A stretch of 41,130 nt of DNA, from assembly GCA_013331555.1 (NCBI GenBank), contig DUGB01000001.1, positions 4,611 through 45,740 of the forward strand, given 5' to 3'. The notes under the pieces were generated by a model. The model was not told the DNA's origin. It did no database searches and saw only the letters and a program-made list of their open reading frames with translations. Of the stretch, positions 18,041 to 26,123 are shown piece by piece. Position 1 is the first letter of the stretch, and every line of letters starts with the position of its first letter. This DNA comes from Candidatus Woesearchaeota archaeon (GTDB taxonomy: Archaea > Nanobdellota > Nanobdellia > Woesearchaeales > GW2011-AR9). Both the position numbers and the translations under genes were made by a program.

Positions 18041-18076
18041 CTTTAATGGTACAGAAAATAAAAAGAGTTTAAAAAG

Positions 18077-18481
18077 TTATTGTTTAGCTTCCTCAGAAGG
18101 AGCAGAAACAAAAGGTTGAGCACCTTCTTTAGTTACTTTAACATTTATTTGATGAATTATCTTAGTGATCATCTCACCACAGACCGTGCGACGACGAACT
18201 AAGCCGCCCTGTTTATCATTATTGCGTGTTTTTCCTGAAAATCCAACACTTCGGCCAATAAGAACTTTTTTACGCGGCTGCTGGATACCTTTACGCATCG
18301 GAAATCCACACTTATCAGAACCGCCGGTAATTTGAAATTCATATCCTGGAAAACCAATAAGATCACCTTTGACAACGTCGCCAATGCGACTCTTCAAAAG
18401 ATGCTCAGATTCTGGATCTTTAATTTCTTTTTGATAACTTTTTCCATTGTTGGTGGAAATGACCAATTTAAATTCTGTCAT
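18077..18481 (-). CDS. rps6e: 30S ribosomal protein S6e
   Basis: MTEFKLVISTNNGKSYQKEIKD...GGSDKCGFPMRKG...RRRTVCG. Confidence 0.9.
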   Translation of the reverse strand: MTEFKLVISTNNGKSYQKEIKDPESEHLLKSRIGDVVKGDLIGFPGYEFQITGGSDKCGFPMRKGIQQPRKKVLIGRSVGFSGKTRNNDKQGGLVRRRTVCGEMITKIIHQINVKVTKEGAQPFVSAPSEEAKQ

Positions 18482-18681
18482 GATTTCACATCCTTAACCC
18501 GAGACTTAAGCACAAACATTGAAATTTGCGCGCAAAACACTATTTTGCGAACCTATCGGCTCACACGCAACGCGTGGTCTCAGCTGTGAAGAGGGAAGAA
18601 TGAAGTTTATTTATAAATATTCCTTGACATAATGTTGCTGGGAGAAAAACGTCATGAAGAAAGAGCAGAGAAAAGAACTGT

Positions 18682-18861
18682 TCAATTTTGCGGGGCAAGT
18701 GTCTGAAGCTCTTGCAGTAATGTTTCCTGTTCGTGCTTAAGCTTTGTAAGCTCGATTTTCTTGTACTCGTTAATCTGTTTTCTATTGAGATCCCATTCTA
18801 GTGGTTTCATCCTGCGTTCAATGCCGATCAACAGAGTACGAATTTCAATAGCGCGTGACAT
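18682..18861 (-). CDS. Small (59 aa) coiled-coil protein, hypothetical
   Basis: Hand translation gives MSRAIEIRTLLIGIERRMKPLEWDLNRKQINEYKKIELTKLKHEQETLLQELQTLAPQN. A TATA-like atttaaataat (about 18881-18891) lies 22-25 nt upstream. Below the ORF-track cutoff. Confidence 0.4.
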   Translation of the reverse strand: MSRAIEIRTLLIGIERRMKPLEWDLNRKQINEYKKIELTKLKHEQETLLQELQTLAPQN

Positions 18862-18926
18862 TGGGTTAATGTTGTGAGCAGATTATTTAAATCTTTAGTG
18901 AATTTATCTTGGGAAGAAACGAAGAT

Positions 18927-19271
18927 ATGAAAGAACAAACTCTTTTTACGACTGCGGTAATTTGTACAATTCTGGGACTAGTTATCTTATATCTTTATGC
19001 GGAAGAGGTCAATTTAGCAGTCTTAGAATCACCAGAACAGTGGAAAGAACAACAAACGGTTTCCATTCAAGGAAGAGTGGAAAAATTGCATGTGAGTGAG
19101 AAAGCTATTTTTGTGACAATTCAAGGACAGCGGATAGACACAGTGGAAGCAATTGTGTTTACCGAGAAGCCAATCTTTTTGAAAGAGGGTGATTTTGTAG
19201 AAATAACGGGAAAAGTAGAAGAATACAAAGGGGCAAAAGAAGTTATTGCGGATGAGATTGTAATAAAATGA
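18927..19271 (+). CDS. Membrane-anchored OB-fold domain protein
   Basis: N-terminal TM TTAVICTILGLVILYLY. The OB-like region is VSIQGRVEKLHVSEKAIFVTIQG...VEITGKVEEYKGAKEVIADEIVIK. The ATG at 18927 is preferred over the TTG at 18909. Confidence 0.6.
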   Translation: MKEQTLFTTAVICTILGLVILYLYAEEVNLAVLESPEQWKEQQTVSIQGRVEKLHVSEKAIFVTIQGQRIDTVEAIVFTEKPIFLKEGDFVEITGKVEEYKGAKEVIADEIVIK

Positions 19272-19274
19272 AAA

Positions 19275-20969
19275 TTACGCTTTCTGTTCGGCAGCAGCGC
19301 GATTTAATTCGCGGAAAGCGTTCTCGACATCGTCGTGGTTCCAGCCAGTATTTTGAGTAATTAATTGTTTAATCTCTTCATCCGTAGCGCCAACTTCTTT
19401 TTCTTTGCGAACCCATTGAACAAGATCATCAAAGTTATACGCCCGTGCTTGTGGTTTGATAGTATGGGCAACGACAAGAGCAACAATGATACTTAATAAC
19501 AAGACGCTGAATCCAGCAATAAAGTACACTTTGTAATTATTCCAAAGAGCGTCAAATGTGGATGCGGATTGTGGTTGTTGAACGATGGGAGGACGAGGCT
19601 GCCCTTGCAAAGGAGGAATTTGAGACGTGATGCGGACTGGTTCAGGACCTGGAACAACACTTGCTCCACAGGAATTGCTTATTACTGGTTTTCTGCCCGT
19701 AGTTCCACATTGATGCTCATCATAACATACTCTCGTTTCTTGACCGTTCTGGCAAGACTGCCAATCAGTGCAAATCCATGACTCCTGACACGGTTGACAG
19801 GTTCTGTTTTCTGTATACGTATTTGCGGTGTAAGGGCTTTTGCAGTTGTTCTGATCGGTACAACTGCGTTGCTGCTGAAGATTTTCATTACAGAATGTCC
19901 AGGAAGTACAGGTGATATTTGAGATACATCTCCATCCACTGCCACCACCGGAGCTTCCGGAACTACTAGAACCTGGGTCGAGAACTACTTGATCACATAC
20001 ATCGCCAAGGTTATCACCATCGGTGTTTTCTTGAAGAGGGTTAGGGACAGCAGGACAGTTATCTTGACCATCAGGAACACCGTCGCCATCCTGATCTTGA
20101 GCAGGAGGAAGATCACCGACACATTGACCTAGAACACATTCTTGGGTTGGTTGGCAAACATTATTACAAATACCACAATGAAATAAATCTGTTTGAAGAT
20201 CAAACTCCTCATCAATAGTGGTATCACAATCATTGTCTAGACCATCACACACTTCAAAACCTGGAGCAACGGCATTTTGACAATCTCCCCATGTTGCATC
20301 CTGCTGACAGACTTGCTGGCCTTCTTGGCATATTCCTTCATTAAAACCGCAGGCTTGTTGTTGACCAGAGGTACAAGGAAGAATTTCGATCGTAAACGTG
20401 TAATCCTCAGGAAAAAGATCATTACCTGTTTGAAGGTCATAGATAGAAGGGCGAATGAGAACATCAAATTCTTGGACAAGTAGAGCTTCAACGAAAGTTA
20501 GTTCGGCAATAGTGAACGTACCTGTTTTAAAATCTTGATCACTGAGAGTAGCATCGGCAATTGTAAGTACATTATTTTGACAAGAGATTTCTTCAAACTC
20601 GCCCCACAATTGGACTTGACGCTGAGCGGCACACAAATCAACTTGCGGATTTTGAGAGATTAATTCTATGTAAACACCATTCGTAGAAATACCCTGCTGA
20701 AGTGTTGCGGTCAGAACAAGTTTATTCCCTAACAAGCTAAGGTCAAATTCCTGACCGCTAGGAGCAGTATAAATTGCTTTTCCCACAAACTGTGAGACAA
20801 TAAACAAAAGAAGAGCAAGAACAACAACTAAGCCGAGAGAAATAAGAGTAATGATAAATGTTTTATTTGCTTCGCCGGCAGAATTATAAATTTTAGGGGG
20901 TGGGTGAGCGTGCGGTCTATAACGAACGTTTACATTCTTGTGATGTTGTTTTGCGCCACGACCATTCAT
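19275..20969 (-). CDS. Surface-operon protein G: bitopic Cys-rich protein (N-terminal anchor/signal, TSP type-3 repeat, W/C-rich repeats, C-terminal TM, cytoplasmic tail)
   Basis: TM 36-60 followed by FVGKAI. CDGLDNDCDTTIDEE (aa 241-255). DQDGDGVPDGQDNCPAVPNPLQENTDGDNLGDVCD (aa 291-326). Two CxSW/DWxxC...QxRxC units (aa 346-421). Second TM aa 481-504. Confidence 0.75.
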   Translation of the reverse strand: MNGRGAKQHHKNVNVRYRPHAHPPPKIYNSAGEANKTFIITLISLGLVVVLALLLFIVSQFVGKAIYTAPSGQEFDLSLLGNKLVLTATLQQGISTNGVYIELISQNPQVDLCAAQRQVQLWGEFEEISCQNNVLTIADATLSDQDFKTGTFTIAELTFVEALLVQEFDVLIRPSIYDLQTGNDLFPEDYTFTIEILPCTSGQQQACGFNEGICQEGQQVCQQDATWGDCQNAVAPGFEVCDGLDNDCDTTIDEEFDLQTDLFHCGICNNVCQPTQECVLGQCVGDLPPAQDQDGDGVPDGQDNCPAVPNPLQENTDGDNLGDVCDQVVLDPGSSSSGSSGGGSGWRCISNITCTSWTFCNENLQQQRSCTDQNNCKSPYTANTYTENRTCQPCQESWICTDWQSCQNGQETRVCYDEHQCGTTGRKPVISNSCGASVVPGPEPVRITSQIPPLQGQPRPPIVQQPQSASTFDALWNNYKVYFIAGFSVLLLSIIVALVVAHTIKPQARAYNFDDLVQWVRKEKEVGATDEEIKQLITQNTGWNHDDVENAFRELNRAAAEQKA

Positions 20970-20981
20970 TGATAAACCTCT

Positions 20982-21950
20982 TTATTGAGCTGATTCAAGG
21001 AAGAACTCCCGCAAGGCCCGACCGACTGCGGTAACAAGCTTGATTTTTGTGTCTCCATTAATTTTGTTATCTTGATACTGGATTAATGGCTGACCAGCTA
21101 GACAATATTCGGGAAATCCATGATCAGGACGATAACACAGGCCGTTAATAAGAGCAGTAACGCGATTAATTAAGATTTGTTTGGCGGGGAGTTTTGTACA
21201 GATACTACTTCGAGCACCGAAGTTAGTATTGGTGCAGGTGTAATCAATATCGACATATTTGCAATCTTCTGAACAGCCATCACGATTAGCACGATAGCCA
21301 TCGTCTTCAGTACTTCCATCTGCTGCACCAGTATCACACGCTTCATTTTGTTCGCCATCATCTTTAATGCCATTTTGATTTACATCGAGATACCCTACAA
21401 CACTATCACCGCAGATGGAAAGTTGGGGAACAACAGCGATACTCGGAACAGAAGCAACACCATCGATAGCAGATCCAGTCGCAGGAGTAAAGAAATTTTG
21501 GGGATCAGCTACGGCTACAAGATCAAATAGTACTCCTTGAACATCATTTTCGTTTATTCCTTGAAATTTTACATTATTAATGGTAAATAAAGATTGGGGA
21601 GCAACGCTACTCCATTCCTCTCCACTTCTTCCATGCCAACTTGTAAACAAACGGTAAGCCAGATTATTTTGGAAACGTCCAGTGAATTGATCGTTCTGAG
21701 TAAAGCGATCAGTTTTAGTATGACTTGCTTGACTAAAAAGAGGAAGTGCCGGGTTCGTGCTCATCGTTAAACTGTATTCAATCACTTTGACATCATGAGT
21801 GTTGACATTGACATTAACCGAAAAAGGAACGTCGTAGACGACTGGTTGAGGAACTGAGAAACCAACGTCAACATTCTCTGCAAACACAGAAGGCAAAGAC
21901 AGACAAAAAATACTGATTAATAGGAATAAGATTAAATGTTGTGTTTTCAT
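20982..21950 (-). CDS. Surface-operon protein F: secreted protein with Myxococcus-type cysteine-rich repeat
   Basis: The start was set at the ATG at 21950 (MKTQHLILFLLISIFCLSLPSVFA signal peptide), overlapping the stop of gene E (ATGA). Repeat: CGDSVVGYLDVNQNGIKDDGEQNEACD...DGCSEDC. Paralog of 23204-24133. Confidence 0.75.
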   Translation of the reverse strand: MKTQHLILFLLISIFCLSLPSVFAENVDVGFSVPQPVVYDVPFSVNVNVNTHDVKVIEYSLTMSTNPALPLFSQASHTKTDRFTQNDQFTGRFQNNLAYRLFTSWHGRSGEEWSSVAPQSLFTINNVKFQGINENDVQGVLFDLVAVADPQNFFTPATGSAIDGVASVPSIAVVPQLSICGDSVVGYLDVNQNGIKDDGEQNEACDTGAADGSTEDDGYRANRDGCSEDCKYVDIDYTCTNTNFGARSSICTKLPAKQILINRVTALINGLCYRPDHGFPEYCLAGQPLIQYQDNKINGDTKIKLVTAVGRALREFFLESAQ

Positions 21951-23182
21951 TGTGCTCCCTCCATTACGTAGGGACAATTTTCATGGTTAAATGTGTATGT
22001 CAACGTACCAAAGCCGTACAGTATATTCTCTCCCACAACCCGATAAGAAGAGTCGTCGCAAACATAAAATTTGTTGCTATTATAAGAGCAAGGAAGCTGG
22101 TTTGCTTCACCACACGTCACAGTGTTGATAGAATCACGTGTTTTGTAGACGATATCAGCGTCTTGTCCATCATACTTTTGATCTCCATTAAGATCAGCAT
22201 TGAATATTACACTACCTTGAGCATCACAAAGTCCAGGAATCACATTACACAACTGACGGCAGTCATCATTCCCTTGACAGAATTGAGTTACACCAGCGAT
22301 GTCAACTGGAGGACATTCCCCTCCATCATTAGGACATTCATCACGAGTGATAAATCCAAAATCCGTTTTACATTGCTCGGCAGTACATTGAACAGGTGGT
22401 TGTTGTTCTTGCTCGCAACCATCATTAAGATTATTGTTTGCATCTTTCCATTCCGCGTCACAAACACAAGCAAGATTAGTTAACAAGGCATGATCCCCAC
22501 ACGCTGTTTGATCGCAAACATCACCAAATGAATCTCCATCTTGATTAGCTTGATCCGGATTAGAAAGTACTTGACAATTATCAACAACATCAAATATACC
22601 ATCACTATCGACATCTTTTGCGGGTGCTCCACCGACAACAGAAAGAGCTATATCTTCAGGCAGAGCAGAGATGATATTTCTTTTATTAGAATATACGCTC
22701 ATGGCATCAAAATGAAAACTGACTTCCTCAACACTTGGAACTGTGAATTGAATCACAGCAAGTTCAACTCGACCAGGACCAGAAGGAGGAGTACTCGCAA
22801 GGTTTAGAATCCCCGCATCGAGCACCAACTTTGTATCCATACAATAGGTTCTTTGAATATCATACACGGGCGGAATAACAACATCAACGCTTGGTTCCCC
22901 ACCATGACACAGTTCTATTACTGGTGAAGATAATGCAACAAGAAAACTTTCTGCTCGTTCTCTTTCCTCCAAAAGAACAGTAATAGAAACTTTTCCAAGG
23001 GCATCAACTTTCAACTCTTGAGATGCGGAAATACCAGCAATGGCTTTACCAACAAATGGACGACCAAGAAATAGAGATAGTATTAATACCACCACCATTA
23101 CAAGAACTACTACACTAATAATAGCTACCTGGCGACGACGCTGTGGATCAACTGGAGCCGTTTCGAAACGTGTATTTACCAT
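21947..23182 (-). CDS. Surface-operon protein E: N-terminally anchored protein with TSP type-3 repeat and dockerin-like plus 4-Cys module
   Basis: TM 20-40 followed by FVGKAI. DVDSDGIFDVVDNCQVLSNPDQANQDGDSFGDVCD (aa 190-224). DLNGDQKYDGQDADIV...CGEANQLPCSYNSNKFYVCDDSSY (aa 329-380). Paralog of 24135-25133. Confidence 0.75.
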   Translation of the reverse strand: MVNTRFETAPVDPQRRRQVAIISVVVLVMVVVLILSLFLGRPFVGKAIAGISASQELKVDALGKVSITVLLEERERAESFLVALSSPVIELCHGGEPSVDVVIPPVYDIQRTYCMDTKLVLDAGILNLASTPPSGPGRVELAVIQFTVPSVEEVSFHFDAMSVYSNKRNIISALPEDIALSVVGGAPAKDVDSDGIFDVVDNCQVLSNPDQANQDGDSFGDVCDQTACGDHALLTNLACVCDAEWKDANNNLNDGCEQEQQPPVQCTAEQCKTDFGFITRDECPNDGGECPPVDIAGVTQFCQGNDDCRQLCNVIPGLCDAQGSVIFNADLNGDQKYDGQDADIVYKTRDSINTVTCGEANQLPCSYNSNKFYVCDDSSYRVVGENILYGFGTLTYTFNHENCPYVMEGAQ

Positions 23183-23203
23183 CTATTTTTCACACACTTT
23201 TTT

Positions 23204-24133
23204 TTAATTTATTTCGTAATATTCGAGGAGTACTTCTCTCAACAATGGTACTTGCCGAGCAATGCTTTTTTCTGTGACGCAAAAACCACCATTTTCAAAA
23301 GTGATAGCGTCAGGATGCCCAACATAAGGAAAACAGGAAGGTTTTTGATCGCTAACATCAGCAGGAATGTTGAAAATAGCATTAAGCTTAGCAAGCAAAC
23401 GGTCTTGTGCTAACAGTGGTTGAAGAGTACAATCTCGTGAACCAAAATCACAAGCGAATTTAGAAGCTAAACTGGTTTGCCCTTGAATTTTATGAGTTGA
23501 TTTGATATAACGACAGTCAGCGGAACAACCATCTCCACCAAGAAGCGCAGGATCACAGGCTTCATTATTTTCAGATGATTGCTTAATCCCATCTTGGTTT
23601 GAATCAACATATCCAACAACCCCATCACCGCAGAGAGAAAGCTGAGGTATAACAACCGTGCTATCTTGACTTGTAATCGTAAAATCAACGCCAGATTGAG
23701 CAGCAGTCAACATCTTCTGGGGAACACTACGAAGAATGAATGTGAACCCACCATCTAAAGTCCCCGAAACACGAACGTTACTCAATGTTAAAAGATTACT
23801 AGGAGCAGCTGTTGCCAGAGTGTTTCCATTCGTTTCTGTCCTGACACGATAATACAAACCATTCTCTTGAGGACCTGAAAGACCTCCAACCAATTGAAAT
23901 TGATCGACCCGTTGAACTCCTGGCGAGAATAACGCTTTTCCGTTATTGGTACCAACAGAAAGGTCATAATCAATGAACGAAACACCATGTGAATTTACGT
24001 GTAGTTGCACGGGAAATGGTACATCGTACACAATTTTTTCAGGGATGGAAAACGTAAAGTCTGCGTCAGCAGCTATTGCTAGCGGAGCAAAAAATAATAA
24101 CAATAATGGTATGATTAAGAGTTTCTGGTTCAT
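23204..24133 (-). CDS. Surface-operon protein D: secreted protein with Myxococcus-type cysteine-rich repeat
   Basis: The start was set at the ATG at 24133 (MNQKLLIIPLLLLFFAPLAIA signal peptide). Repeat: CGDGVVGYVDSNQDGIKQSSENNEACDPALLGGDGCSADC. The N-domain FSIPEKIVYDVPFPVQLHVNSHGVSFIDYDL resembles gene F. Confidence 0.75.
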   Translation of the reverse strand: MNQKLLIIPLLLLFFAPLAIAADADFTFSIPEKIVYDVPFPVQLHVNSHGVSFIDYDLSVGTNNGKALFSPGVQRVDQFQLVGGLSGPQENGLYYRVRTETNGNTLATAAPSNLLTLSNVRVSGTLDGGFTFILRSVPQKMLTAAQSGVDFTITSQDSTVVIPQLSLCGDGVVGYVDSNQDGIKQSSENNEACDPALLGGDGCSADCRYIKSTHKIQGQTSLASKFACDFGSRDCTLQPLLAQDRLLAKLNAIFNIPADVSDQKPSCFPYVGHPDAITFENGGFCVTEKSIARQVPLLREVLLEYYEIN

Positions 24134-24134
24134 C

Positions 24135-25133
24135 TTACTGTCCTCCACCAATATATGCTGCGGTATCCTGATAAGGGCAGGAATGAGCACCATCAAAGAT
24201 ATATCCTTTGTAACCATCAACACGGAAAGAACTATCATCACAGGTTCTTGTACCTGCAAAATTACAAGGTGCTAAGTTAATATTACCACACTCTTCACGA
24301 ACTTTTGCTTCTGCTATTTTGAGGATGATAAACGCATCTTGACCATCAACTTTAGCATCACCATTGATATCAACAGTATACCCGAAACGACTTCCTACAT
24401 CAGTACAGAGCGCAGTTTTTTGAGGAACAGTTAACTTTTGATTAAGACCTGCCTGATCTAATGATCCTAGCCAGCTTTGACAAAGAGTTTCTTGATTTGT
24501 ATCAAACCAGGGCTGACAGGTAGCATCATTAGCCTGACAACTTACTTGCTCCGCAATAGGATTTTTAATGAACTGAATAAGATTAGCATGCGGAGGATTA
24601 AGATTAGGAATTGTAAAGACTACAAATTGAATCTGTCGTAGTTGATCTTCAGTAGGAATACTACCCCCTACTACTGTAAAAGGAATTGAAGCAATAGCAA
24701 TATCTGACCCAGTGATAATTCTGGCCGGGTCTAACGTCGCATGATGAAATAAAAGTTTATTACCACTGATCTCTCGACGAAGATAGGCGGTTTGATCGTC
24801 AGTAAACGGAAGCTGAAGTTGAATTTCACTTGGATTAACACTAAACGCAGAAGGAAATTCTAACTCAAAGTAAACCTCTGACGCTTGAGCAGTACCAAGA
24901 TGAGCAGCGACGGGAAAAAGAAACTGGCTTCCTTGCTGCAAATCAGAGAGTTGCCCACGAAATCCAGCAGTTCCAGAAACTCCTTGCTCTTGAGTAAAAA
25001 ATGCTTGCCCTGCGGAACGAAAACCAACAAAGTACACGATCACAATCAGAAGGACAACCAAAACAATGCCAACTAAGGCAATGACGGCAGGCCGTGCTTG
25101 GGCCTTCATTTTTTTAGGGAGTGCGGAAGCCAT
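24135..25133 (-). CDS. Surface-operon protein C: N-terminally anchored protein with dockerin-like plus 4-Cys module
   Basis: TM 16-37 followed by SAGQAF. DINGDAKVDGQDAFIILKIAEAKVREECGNINLAPCNFAGTRTCDDSSF (aa 255-303). Confidence 0.75.
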   Translation of the reverse strand: MASALPKKMKAQARPAVIALVGIVLVVLLIVIVYFVGFRSAGQAFFTQEQGVSGTAGFRGQLSDLQQGSQFLFPVAAHLGTAQASEVYFELEFPSAFSVNPSEIQLQLPFTDDQTAYLRREISGNKLLFHHATLDPARIITGSDIAIASIPFTVVGGSIPTEDQLRQIQFVVFTIPNLNPPHANLIQFIKNPIAEQVSCQANDATCQPWFDTNQETLCQSWLGSLDQAGLNQKLTVPQKTALCTDVGSRFGYTVDINGDAKVDGQDAFIILKIAEAKVREECGNINLAPCNFAGTRTCDDSSFRVDGYKGYIFDGAHSCPYQDTAAYIGGGQ

Positions 25134-25137
25134 GGGT

Positions 25138-26109
25138 TTATTGGACAGACCATAATGAACGGATAATTGACATTAAGCGTGTTAAAAATCCAACGGGAGG
25201 TGCTGATGAACTATCAATTGCACCCTGATTTTCTGCTACCGCAGCTTGAATCTGTTGGTTGAGCTGTTGTGATTTTGTTGGTGCGGCAGTTAGTTGACAG
25301 ACATTATTAACAAGTACTTCACCGTCTGGACAAGATTGTTGAGTAGTTTGACATGTATTGGCAACATTACATACTTGACCATCAGGACAACCAGTAGCAG
25401 GAACAACAGTATTTCCAGGACAAGCAACGCCACCGACACAAGCGGTGGCGGGAACAGAAGTACAAGGCACTTCGGTTGCTACACAAACATTATCAGTATT
25501 ACAACTCTGACCAGTAGGACAACCGATTGGAGCGACAACAGTATTCCCAGGACAAGCCACGCCACCGACACAAGCGGTAGCGAGAACAGAAATACAAGGA
25601 GCTTCAACTGTAACTGAAAGAGCGGTAGCAGATAATTGAAAGATAGGGGTTTTGTCTGTATCTCTCTGACTAAAGAGTCTATTAACAACGCTTCGAGAAG
25701 TATCTATCATAATACTATCAGACGTGGTTGCGACTCCTCTAAGAACAAAGACTTGTTTATCCGTTGTGCTTAGTTTAGGATCACTATCTGTTCCCGTAGG
25801 AATTTTAAAGTGCCAAACTGCACCATTCTCTTCGGCTTGATTTGGTAATGGAGTTCGAGAGGGGAACCAATGATCAGAACCAGTACGCTGACCATTACTA
25901 AAAACAACATTACCATTTTGACTTTTGACATAAAAATCAAAATTTTGAACACGTTGATTTTTTGAATCCAAAGAGATTGTCATCTCAAATAGAGTGTTAG
26001 CTTGAATTGAAGCTGAACCAGTAATTTTAACATCAACCGGATCAAGAGCGAGAGAAAATGTTGAAAGTAAAACGAGCAGAGACACAAAAATAAATAATAT
26101 CTTTTTCAT
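25138..26109 (-). CDS. Surface-operon protein B: secreted protein with two 44-aa Cys-rich tandem repeats
   Basis: Signal peptide MKKILFIFVSLLVLLSTFSLA. Strong SD aggagg upstream. Repeats PC(I/T)SV.ATACVGGVACPGNTVV...GCP.GQ.CN...C at aa 171-258, also visible as a DNA repeat of about 132 nt. Confidence 0.75.
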   Translation of the reverse strand: MKKILFIFVSLLVLLSTFSLALDPVDVKITGSASIQANTLFEMTISLDSKNQRVQNFDFYVKSQNGNVVFSNGQRTGSDHWFPSRTPLPNQAEENGAVWHFKIPTGTDSDPKLSTTDKQVFVLRGVATTSDSIMIDTSRSVVNRLFSQRDTDKTPIFQLSATALSVTVEAPCISVLATACVGGVACPGNTVVAPIGCPTGQSCNTDNVCVATEVPCTSVPATACVGGVACPGNTVVPATGCPDGQVCNVANTCQTTQQSCPDGEVLVNNVCQLTAAPTKSQQLNQQIQAAVAENQGAIDSSSAPPVGFLTRLMSIIRSLWSVQ

Positions 26110-26123
26110 CTTTTTTTTCCTCC

